The notes under the pieces were generated by a model that saw only the letters and a list, made by a program, of their open reading frames with translations, had not been told where the DNA came from and ran no database searches. The position numbers were made by a program, and so were the translations under genes. Of a stretch of DNA of 64,000 nt, positions 35,633 through 49,300 are shown in pieces; positions within the stretch are counted from its first letter, which is position 1; every line of letters starts with the position of its first letter. The stretch is from Octopus sinensis (Eukaryota), in contig NC_043014.1 in the NCBI RefSeq assembly GCF_006345805.1, positions 1,612,001 to 1,676,000 on the forward strand. Reading direction: 5' to 3'.

Positions 35633-35712
<80 letters not shown>

Positions 35713-35729
35713 GTGTGTGTGTGTACTCC

Positions 35730-36030
35730 TTTACACGTTTCAGTCATTTGACTGCGGCCACGCTGGAGTACCACTTATAGTCGAACAAATCGTCCCCCAG
35801 GACCTATTCTTTGTAAGCCTAATACTTATTCTATCGGTCCCCTCTGCCGAACTGCTACGTCTCGGAGACATAAACACACCAACATCGGTTGTCACGCGAT
35901 GGTGGGGAGACAAAGACACACAAAGCACACACACACACACATATATATAGATATACAGGCCGGGCTTCTTTCAGTTTCCATCTACCAAGTCCACTCACAA
36001 GGCTTTGGGTGGCCCGAGGCTATAGTAGTA
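35730..36030 (-). mobile_element. SINE family C, partial
   Basis: Homology to 25725-26135. Confidence 0.7.
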
Positions 36031-36217
36031 GACACATACATACTTATATACCTATATATATATATATACACACGCACACACACGTATATATATAATATAC
36101 ATATATATATGCATGTATGTATGTATATGTGTATGTATATGTGTGTGTGTGTGCGTGCGCGCACGAGCACGTGTTCGTCTCACGCTCATTGCTACATAAC
36201 CATATGTTCTAGTAACT

Positions 36218-36355
36218 TAGCGGTTCGGTAAAAGAAAACGATAGAATAAGTAGCAGGTTTTAAGTGCTGGGATCGATTCGTATCGACTAAAACCCTCGAA
36301 GGCGGTGCCCCAGCGTGGGCGCAGTCTAATGACTGAAGTAAGTAAAAGATAAAAG
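36218..36355 (+). mobile_element. SINE family C 3' half
   Basis: cttagcggttcgg...gatagaataagta...gcagtctaatgactgaa. Confidence 0.65.
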
Positions 36356-36664
36356 TACACTTCACCCGGCGGGACTATCTGCTGAGAAATAGCAGCCAAA
36401 TCTCCCCCAAATCACACGCGCTGCTGTTTTGAATGTGACATTGTATAAGGTTGTGTGAATATAATGAAAAACAGAAGGGATGGTCATGGGTGGAACAGCT
36501 TTCATCATTGGTGCGTGGGCGTTACATAACGGCCAATGCCACCACCACGTTATTACTATTACTGCTACTGCTAAAGTTACTGTTCATTAACCATGGAAAT
36601 GGAGAACACACACATACATATGCATACACACACACACATCGACATATAGTATTGTAAATACAGT

Positions 36665-37035
36665 AGCACTGTCGTGGCGCTCCGTCGGTTGCGACGACGA
36701 GGGTTCCAGTTGATCCGATCAACGGAACAGCCTGCTCGTGAAATTAACGTGCAAGTGGCTGAGCACTCCACAGACACGTGTACCCTTAACGCAGTTCTTG
36801 GGGGAGATTCAGCGTGACACACAGTGTGACAAGGCTGGCCCTTTGAAATACAGGTAGAACAGAAGCAAAAAGTTGTGGTGAAAGAGTACAGCAGGGTTCA
36901 CCCCCCACCCTGCCGGAATCTTGCGGAGCTTTAGATGTTTTCGCTCAATAAAATCATAACCCCCGGTCTAGGAATCGAAACTGCATTCCTACGACCGCAA
37001 GTTCGCTGCCCTAACCACTGGGCCATTGCACCTCC
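36665..37035 (-). mobile_element. tRNA-derived SINE, family A variant
   Basis: A/B boxes and shared body (gttgatccgatcaacggaacagcctgctcgtgaaattaacgtgc). Confidence 0.75.
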
Positions 37036-37239
37036 ACAGTAGCTTTGTAATACTATACAAACTACATACATACATAATACATACACACATACATACATAC
37101 ATACATACATACATACATGCATGCATGCATGCATGCATACATACATGCATACATACATACATTCATACATACATACATACATACACACACAAAGCAGAAA
37201 CATGAGAGTATAAATGTTCATAAACAGACATACGTCTAT

Positions 37240-37386
37240 GTGTGGTAAGTAGCTTGCTTCCCAACCATGAGGTTCTGGGTTCAGTCCCATTGCCTGGCAC
37301 CTTGGGCATGTGTCTTCAACTTTAGCCTCAGGTCAACCAAAGGTTTGTGAGTGGATTTGGTGGACGGAAACTAAAAGAAGCCCGTC
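37240..37386 (+). mobile_element. SINE family C 5' half
   Basis: tgtgtggtaagtagcttgc...gaagcccgtcg. Confidence 0.7.
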
Positions 37387-37805
37387 GTGTGCGTGCGCGT
37401 GTGTGTGCGTACGCGTGTGTGTGTGTGCGTGTATACATATAATATGGCTCACCATCGTTGTGACTTCTACTTATTCATGGTCATGTGGATTAGTCTGAAT
37501 TCTCTGCGGCCGGATGCCCTTCCTCTGACCAATAGTTGCCGGTTTGTAAGTATGGTAACATTTCTCTATAGCTGGATATGTTTTCAAGGAAAAATTTCCT
37601 GTATACACACACACACACACAAACACATACACGTGCATACATGCATAGGAATACATACATAAAACATACAAATCTGCACATACATACAAACAAACAAACA
37701 AAAATGTCTTGTTGATGCTGAAATTCCAATGAAGGAGACTTGGATCTAGGTTAGAAACCGATTCTTTCTCTATTGGGAAGAAATCTTGAAATAAAACTGA
37801 ACAAT

Positions 37806-37861
<56 letters not shown>

Positions 37862-37927
37862 GTGTGTTTGTGTATATATATATACATGTATGTATGCATG
37901 TATATTACGTCATTTCATATTATATTA

Positions 37928-38252
37928 GGCGCGTGGCTTGGTGGTTAGGAGTATCCGGTTCACGATCGTAAGGCCGTGAGTTCGATTTTCGGCAGTGCAG
38001 TGTGTCCTTGAGCAGGGCACTTTATTTCGCATTGCCCCAGTCCACTCAGCTAAAAAAAAAAGAGGAACTGTACCTACATTTCAAGGGGCCAGCCTTCACA
38101 CATTCCGACTCGCGCTGAATGTCCTTTAGAACTACGTTAAGGGTACGGGTGTCTGTGGAGTGCTCAGCCACTTGCACGTTAATTTAGCGGGCAGGCTGTT
38201 CCGTTGATCGAATCAACTGGAAACTTCATCGTCGTAACCGACGGAGAACCAG
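37928..38252 (+). mobile_element. tRNA-derived SINE, family A variant
   Basis: A/B boxes; body is the reverse complement of 36665-36860. Confidence 0.75.
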
Positions 38253-38367
38253 TATATACGCTGGCATTTTACATTGCATTATATTATTTTATACATGTCG
38301 ACAAATACCACGGGTGTTATTAATGATTCTTCTAAATATAAAAATAAAACAGTTTTGATCGGCTAAC

Positions 38368-38406
<39 letters not shown>

Positions 38407-38509
38407 TATATTATTATTATTATTATTATTATTATACTTTGTCCAAATACCGAAAATAGTATGAATTATAATTGATTTAGTTCTCTATAATTATAGCGTA
38501 ATAAAAATT

Positions 38510-38700
38510 CCTTTCTAGTATTGTCACGAGGCCAGAAATTTTAAGAGAACGGTTTAGTCTATTACACCGACCCCGGTGCTCAACTGGCACTTATTTCATT
38601 TATGAAAAGGAATGGAAAAACTCGGTGGAATTTGTATTTAGAAGGTAGACAAAGGAAATACTGCTCAGCATTTTGTGCTAACGATTCTGCCAGCTCATCA
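38510..38700 (-). mobile_element. SINE family B, decayed
   Basis: Reverse complement of the head and older tail. Confidence 0.55.
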
Positions 38701-39091
38701 CTTTTGGAGTAACAGATAATAAAATTAAGCATAAATTCTGCCAGTCTAAAAGAGTTAATGGGTTATCAGCTTATACTGATTTATTTTGTAAAGTGAAAAC
38801 CTACAGCATTCAACTATATAATACTCAACCAATACTTCGTATTCAGAAAAGAAAAGAGAAAAAGAAATATTACTTCGTATAATATTCGTTTTCTTTGAGA
38901 CGTGAAAACACACCAGCGCAAATATATATGTTTCATTTGCGAGGAAAATTTCCCCACCTCAAAATTTTTAATAAGTCAACTGTCAAATTATCTTATTCTA
39001 CTACACCAAACTTACCATCTGTTACAGCAGCATCGAATCACCTTGAGCTAACTAAATAGAATTTCAAAATTGACGATGTCTTTATTTTACA

Positions 39092-39129
<38 letters not shown>

Positions 39130-39366
39130 ACAGAAATATTACTACAACTAAAAAGAATTGCTTTAAAAATTTTGATAATAAAATTTTAAAAAATGAAAAC
39201 AAAGCAAAATAAAAAATAACATTTCTAGTAGTAATTTAAACAATGAATTCGATCGCTGAAAATGCATATTTCAAATAAATTTATATTTCATTGCAGGGTA
39301 ATTAGAAAATTGTTTGTTAAAAAGAATTTAATCCGTCTAAAAACGTATTATTATTATTATCTATTA

Positions 39367-39635
39367 TCTATATATATAAAGCTGAAGTTGTCTGTGTGTG
39401 TGGCAGGTTTGGTAGCCTTCAACTAACACAATCTCCTCCGAGACCCTGCGGTGCAAGTTGACCAAAATCGAGAGTATGATAGAAGAAGGCTTGCTCTTCC
39501 TTCCGTAGAAGAAAAAATTCAAATCGGACCATGTTAACACCAAAAATTATTTACATCAAAAATGTGTTTTTTTTCTATGAAAATCCTTAGCGCAACTAAA
39601 AAACAAACCCGAGCAACGCCGGGCTATACTGCTAG
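39367..39635 (+). mobile_element. Non-autonomous mini-Helitron (~270 bp)
   Basis: Inserted between A and T, with 5' TC, subterminal hairpin CCCGAGCAACGCCGGG, 3' CTAG and no TSD. Confidence 0.8.
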
Positions 39636-40489
39636 TTTAAATATATCGTCAAAACATATGATTCAACTAAATTTTACTCAAGTTTTACCGTAATTCTTAT
39701 TTAAAAAATATTATTCGCATAATCATTAATTTTTTAATATAAAATTTCAAAATCTCAGTTTCTTTTGCTGAATATGTTTTAATCCAAAATCGAAAGATAT
39801 AACATATAACTTTGTATGATCTAGTTTAAAATCTGTTTGGGAATATCTGGGAAACCGAAATGATTGTCTTTTATGTACACGTAAACTATTGGAGATGATA
39901 AAAGTCGATTCAAGTTCTCAAAGTAATACGAAGACCGAGGTAATCATTGCCAACATTTAAATGACTTTACTTTTCACATTTTTACCGTTTCCACAAAGCG
40001 AAAAATAAAATCTTGCTTTTTATGAAATGAAAGATAACCACTTAGAGAAGGGTAAATAATATTGATGAAAAGAACAGGAAATATTAGAAACCTGTTGGTA
40101 CTCTAATATTGAATATGTACTCTACAAATGTATTGAGTAATTCTTTTGTTTAAAGTAAATTTATTTCTGTAACTCGCCATAAAAACAAGCATTAATATGT
40201 ATGTATGTATATCTAGCGGAATATCCCCTTCGTTATGCATGTACCTCATATGACACAAACTGCACAGACTGATGCAACACAATTTGATGCCCAAAATGCT
40301 AGCCGTAACGGACAGTTGCAGGATGGGTCGAAACGATCGTTGTGCTGAATAAAGACTACAACTGAAGCTATCTTCCGTTTCTTTCATCAATTATTGTGTG
40401 CGCGTGTGTGTGTCCCCCTCTATTTCCCAAGATGTCGTTTTCTAAATCTATCTTTATAATAGTATTGGTTTTTCTTTTCCTTTTCGGGT

Positions 40490-40572
40490 ATGTCTGTGCA
40501 TATATGTATATGTGCGTGTGTATACCTATGTATGTGTATATGTATATACATGTATGTGTATATGTATATACA

Positions 40573-40603
<31 letters not shown>

Positions 40604-41480
40604 GTATATGTATATATACATATATGTATATGTATATATACATATATGTATATGTATATGTATATATATATATATGTATATGTATATGTATATATACGTA
40701 TATGTATATGTATATGTATATATACGTATATGTATATGTATATATACGTATATGTATATATATATATGTATATATATGTATATGTATATATATGTATATG
40801 TATATATATGTATATGTATATATATGTATATGTATGTATATGTATATGTATGTATATGTATATATATGTATATGTATATATACGTATATGTATATATATA
40901 TATATATGTATATGTATATGTATATGTATGTATATGTATATATATATGTATATGTATATGTATATATATGTATATGTATATATATGTATATGTATATATA
41001 TGTATATGTATATATGTATATGTATATATGTATATGTGTATATGTATATATATATGTATATGTATATATATATATGTGTATGTATATGTGTATGTATATG
41101 TATGTATATGTGTATGTATATATATGTATATGTGTATGTATATATATGTATATGTATATATATATTATATATGTATATGTATATATGTATATGTATATGT
41201 ATATATATGTATATGTATATATGTATATGTATATATGTATGTATATATGTATATATGTATATATATATATGTATATGTATATATATATGTATATGTATGT
41301 ATATGTATATATATATGTATATGTATGTATATATATATGTATATGTTATATATATGTATATGTATAATATATGTATATATATACATACATATATATCGAT
41401 GCATATATCTATATATCTTCCTCTGCTTTTTCCATATATATATATATATATATATATTGATATAGGTATATAGATATATA
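40490..41480. repeat. (TATATG)/(TA)n microsatellite array
   Basis: Direct reading. Confidence 0.95.
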
Positions 41481-41797
41481 TACGCACACACACACACACA
41501 CACAACCTAGCTATGTCGTATTTAGAACAGCCACGGTGTTCTGCTTTTCCTATTTCGAGGAAATTTCGTGACACTAACAAACCATAAAGATATCACTTTG
41601 TGAGAAAACTAACAAAACACGCACGCACACACACACACACTAATATATGTACATTACCCAGACACCTGTACACAATGATACATTCAAGGGGATATATATT
41701 GTTATAGGTCAATACGTGTGTATACAATCATATGCAGACATATATTTAACGACACACCTGTACTCGCGCATACTATTTATATACACCTGCGAGCATA

Positions 41798-41838
<41 letters not shown>

Positions 41839-41839
41839 C

Positions 41840-41910
<71 letters not shown>

Positions 41911-43044
41911 GATACCTTCAAACACACACACACACACATCCAAAGACTGAGAGTGTGTAAGCGTGTACGCTTACACACTCAATCACACACTTCCAACATA
42001 CACAGGGTTATATACACACTCAGGTACATTTAATGACGTACTCACACATATATTTGCATACACGCTCTCTCAGACAACATATATATCTAGACACACACAC
42101 ACACACATTCAAAGACGTGCGCAGGCACACACACACACGCACATACACACATAATCACCATTATCTCTCCACACACATAAACACACACCTCTCCAAAATA
42201 TTTCTGTCGTCACCTCCAACCCTTTACAGATGTGAAGCCACAAGAATTCTCTGTCGGCAGACAATGTCCATTTATTGGCAACTAAACAATTCCATTGATG
42301 ATGCCAGACTCTAGAGAATTCTATAGCATCTTTTATATGCCATTTTACTGTTCCAGAAGACCAGAGTAAACAGTAGTGGTGATGCCAAAGTCCACTTGGG
42401 AGTATATTCTTCCTATTACGCTTTGGTTAATGTTCCACACGAATAAAAGACACAGAAATGGTAGAATGAACAACTCACACAGTCAAATATCTAACACGGT
42501 TCCTTACCGATTTTGTCTGCTGTTCATATTTCAAATTCTTCTCTTCTTCCGTTCCTTCACAATGAAATCCGACCGTATTGTTGTCTAAGTATAATTTCTA
42601 AATTCTAATTCCAATTAGTTGTAAATTAACAGCTCCTATAATTAATCTTAAAATCAGCCGTACACTATTGGTATAATGTTACTTTTAGAGCAGTAAACCT
42701 CTATAGTAGCAGTTTGTCGGCAACACTGAGTGGTCAGATTTATAAAGCAAATGGAAAAGAAAAAAACCTCGTGGTCTTTACCTTGCTTCTCCATCGAATT
42801 GAGTCAAATAACTTGATTTTTATGGCTTAAGAAACTAAGAGCATCTCAAATTGTTCCATTTTGGTTAGTAATAATCTAACAATGTTTGTGACAATAAGAA
42901 TCCCCCGTTATAAGCAACAGAAACAGTATTAGATCAAAATAGCCACATGTGTATCATACCTAATGTAAATACAGCCAAACTTTTTGCAGTGTTAAGCTGC
43001 AACCGCCAATGAACGTGGTGTGTTTAAAAACATAAATACAAGCG

Positions 43045-43190
43045 AAGCTTTGTGATAAGAAGCTTGCTTCACAACCACATGGCTCCGGGTTCAGTCCCAC
43101 TACGTGAGACTTTGGGCAAGTGTCTTCCACTATAACCTCGGGCCGACCAAAGCCTTGTTAGTGGACTTGGTAGATGCAGACTGAAAGAAC
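43045..43190 (+). mobile_element. SINE family C 5' half
   Basis: Head homology. Confidence 0.65.
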
Positions 43191-43429
43191 TCCATCTTAA
43201 ACACACGCGCGCGTGTATACGCATATACACAGTCGTAGATTTGTAGAGTACAAATTTATTATTCGTAAACAAGAATATTGATAGTAACTTCAAAGTTTCA
43301 GCCAGTTAAACCATCGTCGGACGATGGCTTAATTTTATACATACAGATATATATATATAATATATATATATATTTGTTCTACGTCCTCGCGTTGTTGTGT
43401 TTTCTCTTTGTGTTTTCATGTTTGGATTA

Positions 43430-43463
<34 letters not shown>

Positions 43464-43466
<3 letters not shown>

Positions 43467-44678
43467 GATGCGTAAGACATTTGAGGACAGATTTATGTTT
43501 ATAAAAAGAGAGATATGTAATAACAGATGATAACTTTATCAAAAAATGCCGTGAAGTTGAAAATAAACCTTCTTTTCTATAATGTTATTCAATAAAGCCA
43601 TCTTCAGCTTCAACAACTGCTTCTATATGAGATCTAAATCATCTACTTGCTCAGATCAAGTGGTCTTGGTTCCTTTTGGATATTACTCTGACTATGGCAG
43701 CTTTCAAAGAATCTTTGGTGTTTTGGGTGTATTCATTGACCTCTCTCTCAACAATGCTCCACATGTAGTAGTCTAATGGATTGAAATCTGGGGAATTAGG
43801 AGGCCAAATGTTAGGGGTTATGTGATCATGAAAATTTTCAGCCATCCATTCCTGTGTAACTAGAGCCATGTGTGATTGTGCAGAGTCTTGCCGAAACACA
43901 TATGGCCTTCCATTGCATACACTGTCTGTCCAGGGCTTAACAATTGTTTACAGGACCTCACAGAGTTAACTCTAAGGAAAGAATTAAGGAGACATCACAT
44001 GTCCTTCATTGCTGACAACCTCTAAAACCATGACAGTTGCAGGAAATTTTGTATGCATAACACTTGGAATTTCAGAAGGGTCTGCACATAAGCATCTGTC
44101 ATTTCTTCTGTTAACTTTTTGATCTTGGTTGAAGTTTTTCTCGTTTGAGAAAAACCAAATCAAATCTTCTGCTGGATTTTTCAGTTTGTTTAAGAGCCTT
44201 TTAGATCTGATGTAGTGATTTTCTTTTGCTTTTTCTGACAAATTGACCTTTCCCCATCATATAAGATATTTCTGATGTCTTCGTGGACAACATTTCTGAC
44301 TGTTCCTTCTGACACATGGAGATCTTTTGCAACTGACCTCAAGGACTTTCTGAGATTGTAATCAATGGTCTGTTGAACTTGCTGGATAAATTCAGGTGTT
44401 CAGAGCATTTTATGCTTTGATACTGGTGATACGTTTCCAGCTTCAGTCTCTAACTCCTTACAAACTTTGTAGACGAAAGACCTGGCATCTTTTAAAAATC
44501 GAGATATTTCTAAATTGCTATGCTCAGCCTTTATAACCACAATAACATCATGCCTCTTCATTTCTTGGGTAAGCTGAAGGTCTGCCATTATTATTTTCTG
44601 AAACAAAGATTATACAGTTAGCGAAAATTGCAGCAATGACCCCAAAAAGGTATGTCCTCAAATACCTTACGCGCTCTG
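43464..44678 (-). mobile_element. Tc1/mariner-superfamily (maT/DD37D-like) transposon, full-length but decayed
   Basis: 26-bp imperfect TIRs (CAGGATGCGTAAGACATTTGAGGACA / CAGAGCGCGTAAGGTATTTGAGGACA) and TA target duplication. Remnants WFFSNEKNF, FRQDSAQSH and WPPNSPDFNPLDYYMW. Confidence 0.88.
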
Positions 44679-44714
44679 TATATAAGCACACACAAATACA
44701 TGGACCTATTATTT

Positions 44715-45005
44715 TCATTATTGTTTTTACGTATTTTTGTATTCTTATTCGTGTAACATCATCCGTTTTACCGTCCTTGTTTAGTATACATTCGAGGCTT
44801 TCTTCCAAGGAATCTAATGCGCTTGGCTTAGATTTTCCTTTGGGGCTGGCCAGATCGGAGCAATCTCAAGATTAATCAGCCGAAATTACGAAGATGATCC
44901 GGTTCTTGACTGGAATTGAAGGCTTTGAATGTCCCGTCCGTGTTTTTTTGTATCGTCTTCGAAATGTTTTACGTTCTTGTCTCAGTTTGTATTTTTTTAC
45001 ATTTA
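44715..45005. repeat. Unclassified ~290-bp interspersed repeat, copy 1
   Basis: Direct repeat of 49925-50205. Confidence 0.75.
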
Positions 45006-45012
45006 TACACAC

Positions 45013-45059
<47 letters not shown>

Positions 45060-45063
<4 letters not shown>

Positions 45064-45124
45064 AAATTTAGAGGAACGACCACCAAAATGGACTCCTAAT
45101 ACGGTCATTCCGCTAAATTTTGTA
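45060..45124. mobile_element. Tiny TA-flanked palindromic MITE
   Basis: 22-bp inverted repeat TACAAAATTTAG(A/C)GGAA(C/T)GACC. Confidence 0.45.
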
Positions 45125-45579
45125 TGTAATATAATTTTTGATCTTCGGATTTTTTAAAAATATGCTAAGCCATTAGTTTTAATTGATTAATGTCAATTTC
45201 TACCCTCATTATTTTTCATATATATATATATATATGGATACCCACATGCGCATACATTCAAATATACAATAAGCATACATGCACATGCATATACACATGC
45301 ATACGATGTGTGTGTGTGTGTGCAAGTATATGTAAATAAGGAATAGCTTTTCTTTCCAAGTCATTCCATTCAGTTAAGAACCGAACCGTTCCTTCATCCA
45401 TTTGTCAATTGACGTTTGAAGAATTTCCCAATCCTATTTCCAAAATGCGGTTCCATTAACTGTACGTGGTCCAATGTGTTCTGCAGTAAGTCGCAAAGGA
45501 TCTTGGGAATAATTTAATAATTGGCCTAATGGTTAAGAACTTCACTAACAAAGGCTAGGAGTCCTTCACTCCCAAGGAT

Positions 45580-45923
45580 GTATCATATATATACATACAT
45601 ATATATATACACACATATATATATATATACATATATATATACATACACATACATATATATCATATATATATATACATATATACATATATATATACACATA
45701 TATATATATATATATATATAACATATATATATATATATATATAACATATATATATACACATATATATATATACAATATATAATACATACATATATATATA
45801 CATACATATATATATACATATATATATATACACATACATATATATACATATAATATATATATATATAACATACATATATATATATACATATATACATATA
45901 TATATATACATATATATACATAA

Positions 45924-45962
<39 letters not shown>

Positions 45963-46101
45963 CACATATATATATAAATACACACATATATATATATACA
46001 TACACATATATACATACATATATACATACATATACATATATATACATACATATACATATATATACACACACATATATATACATACATATACATATATATA
46101 T

Positions 46102-46140
<39 letters not shown>

Positions 46141-46351
46141 TATGTATACATATACATACATATATATATATATACATATATATATATACATACATATATA
46201 TACACATACATATATATATATACATACATATACATATATATATATACATACATATATATATATATACACACACATATATATACATACATATACATACATA
46301 TATATATATATACACACACATATATATTATATATATATACATATATATGTA
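45580..46351. repeat. (TA)/(CATA)n microsatellite, left flank of the CR1-group LINE
   Basis: Direct reading; continues in the same orientation at 49690-49855. Confidence 0.95.
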
Positions 46352-49300
46352 TATATATACACAGGGATTTGCACAGGGATTGCCCCTTTACCCATCTCCC
46401 GGGGACTCGTCGGACATTTAAAGATAACCACTCACATAAAAATAGCCGCGGCCACAGTCACCTGCGGTTCCCTAGACAGGAAACCACCTCTTCTTCCTCT
46501 TTTTTAGCTATAATGAATCTAGCAAAAGAACTGGAAAAAACATCCGAGCTATCACCCACCACCATCCACCACTATTACCCCACTACACATGCCATAAAAA
46601 GCAATCAAATAAACAAATCACCAAAACAATTAAAGCCATCCACTCTCGCCTCAACATTTCTGCTTAATGCCCAAGGCATCAGCCCTTCCACCAATACCCA
46701 AAAATGGAAGATAAGATTCCTGGAGGACTGGGTCGAGGCCCATCCAAACCACATCCCTTTCTTCGTCCTCACTGAAACCCATCTTAGTGACCTCCACTTG
46801 GAAGCCGAAGTGAAAGTTAAAAATTTCAAAACCATTCGTGCTGATCGTGTTGGCAGAAGAAAGGGTGGGACTGGCATTTATGTCCATGATTCATTCTCAA
46901 CAGAAGCCATGAACACATTTTCCAATGGATACTGCGAAGCAGTCGCTGTATTCAGTCAAACCAACAACTTAACAGTAGTTGGGCTCTACAGACCACCCCA
47001 AACGCCCCTACCATGCTTCAAGGAATGCCTCAACAGCATAAAGTGTTTCATTCAGCAGTGTCAACCTGACAACATTTTAATGATGGGAGATTTCAACCTT
47101 CCCGGGTTGACTGGTCTACAAACAGTCTGCCGCCAGGTTCTTCTCTCTCAACCCCTGACAGGGAGGCAGTGGAATCGCTTCTTGACTTCATGGATGACTT
47201 CTTCTTGTCCCAACTGGTACTCGAACCAACGAGATGTCACAAAAACGTCTTAGACTTAATTTTCAGCAATCACACTGATACTATCCACAATATTGCAGTG
47301 GAGAAAACCCTACTCTCCGACCATGACATGGTTCTCTGTGATCTGAGATTTCACTGGCCAAAATGCAAAACAAATGTCATCCCTCCTGTTCATCCATTTG
47401 ACACTATGGATTTCCACAATGCAAACTGGGAAGCGATCAATAATGATCTTGCACAAGTCGATTGGTCCTTCACGCACACATACACACCCACTAACATCAA
47501 AAAGTCCTGGCAGTCACTTGTAGACACCATCACGAACATATGTGCAAGACACACCCCATTAAGATCTGCAAACAAATCTAAGTGTCGAATCCCTAGAAAT
47601 AGAAAATCTCTCATAAGGAAAATTAAAAGAATCAACAAAAAGATCAACATGCTGAAATACTGTCAACAGCAACACACCAACCTGACTGCCATCTCGTCGC
47701 TAGAGATTAAAAAACATAACTCCAAAACAACATGATGTCTATCATCAATAGTCAGCGAAGAGCTGAAGAGGCCTGGGCCATTGAGAAGATCAAACTCAAT
47801 CCCAAAGTGTTCTTTTCATTTGCAAAAAAACACAGAGTCACTGGTTCTACTGTTGGCCCTCTGATTGATGAAAATGGTACTCTTCAAGACAATGCCAAAA
47901 CCATGGGAGAAATATTGCAGAAACAATATTGCTCTGTTTTCAGCAATCCTGATATGACTGATCTGGGCTGTATCAGTGATGTTACTCCCCAATACACTTT
48001 ATCGGACATAACATTTGGCGCTCCTGATGTCTTAGCAGCAATAAAGGAAATGAAGCATAATTCAGCAGTAGGTCCCGATAGGTTCCCTGCTTGTGTCTTG
48101 AAGATGTGTCAAAACCAACTTGCACCCCCTCTAGCCAATCTGTGGCGGAACTCATTGGATGCTGGATATATACCAGAAGACCTTCTATCCCAGTCTGCTG
48201 TCCCAGTTTTCAAAAAAGGAAACAAATCGCTTGCCGTGAATTACCGTCCAATCTCACTCACCTCTCATATCATCAAGGTATTTGAGAGGGTGCTGAGATC
48301 GCGTATGACTCACTTCCTTGAGAGTCATAATATGCTGAACCCCAACCAGCATGGATTCCGTAATGGGAGAGATTGCCTGACGCAGCTACTGCATCATTTT
48401 GATGACATTTTGAGAGCCTTGGGAGAGGGTTCCAACACTGATGTCATCTACCTTGATTTCAGCAAGGCCTTTGACAGGGTTGATCATAAGATCCTTCTGA
48501 GAAAGCTGTCCAATATTGGTGTCACTGGAAAGCTGCTGCAATGGATCAAGTGCTTCCTCTCTAACAGAACCCAACATGTTGTAGTCGAAGGAGTCAAATC
48601 CAGCCCAGCCAAAGTCAGCAGTGGTGTCCCACAAGGCACTGTGTTGGGCCCACTTCTCTTCATCATCTACATAAATGATATTACTGACACCATCAAACAC
48701 AGCAACATCAGAACCTTCGCTGATGATTCCAAGCTCCATAAGGTCATCAATGGCGTGGATGACCGAATAAACCTTCAGTCAGACCTACTGGCTGTTGTCC
48801 AATGGGCGGAAAAGAATAACATGTTGCTAAATGAAGACAAATTCGAACTGATCCACTTTGGAAGGAGGACGCTCTGAAACTCCCATACTCTCTTCCTTCT
48901 GGAGAAATTCATGGCATCCCACAACATCAGAGACCTGGGAGTAACAGTGGACAACAACATAAGCTGGGCTACACATATAAGCAGCAAAGTTGACATGGCC
49001 CGCAGAATGTGTTCCTGGATTCTCAGAACCTTCCAGTCGAGAGATTCCCACACTATTATCCTTCTCTTCTCCACTTTTGCCCGACCCCACCTTGAATACT
49101 GCTGTCCACTGTGGTCTCCCTACACAAAACAAAATATTATGAGAATTGAAGCTCCCCAAAGGTCAATCACAAAAAAGATAGATGGCATGTCAGACCTTGA
49201 CTACTGGGGTAGACTAGAGAAGCTGAAATTGTATTCACTCCAACGACGCCGTGAACGCTACATTATCTGTATGATGTGGAAAATATTCCATCAGCACTGT

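Noticed and set aside
40270-40350. GAAACGATCGT motifs (also ~24659) and CCGACGA...GAAAC (~43300) as hammerhead ribozymes
   Set aside because: No intact CUGANGA at a workable distance, and stem I or II cannot be formed convincingly.
42238-42450. Plus-strand terminal-exon candidate (DVKPQEFSVGRQCPFIGN*) with AATAAA
   Set aside because: No upstream plus-strand exon chain could be built, and the peptide is too short to assign.
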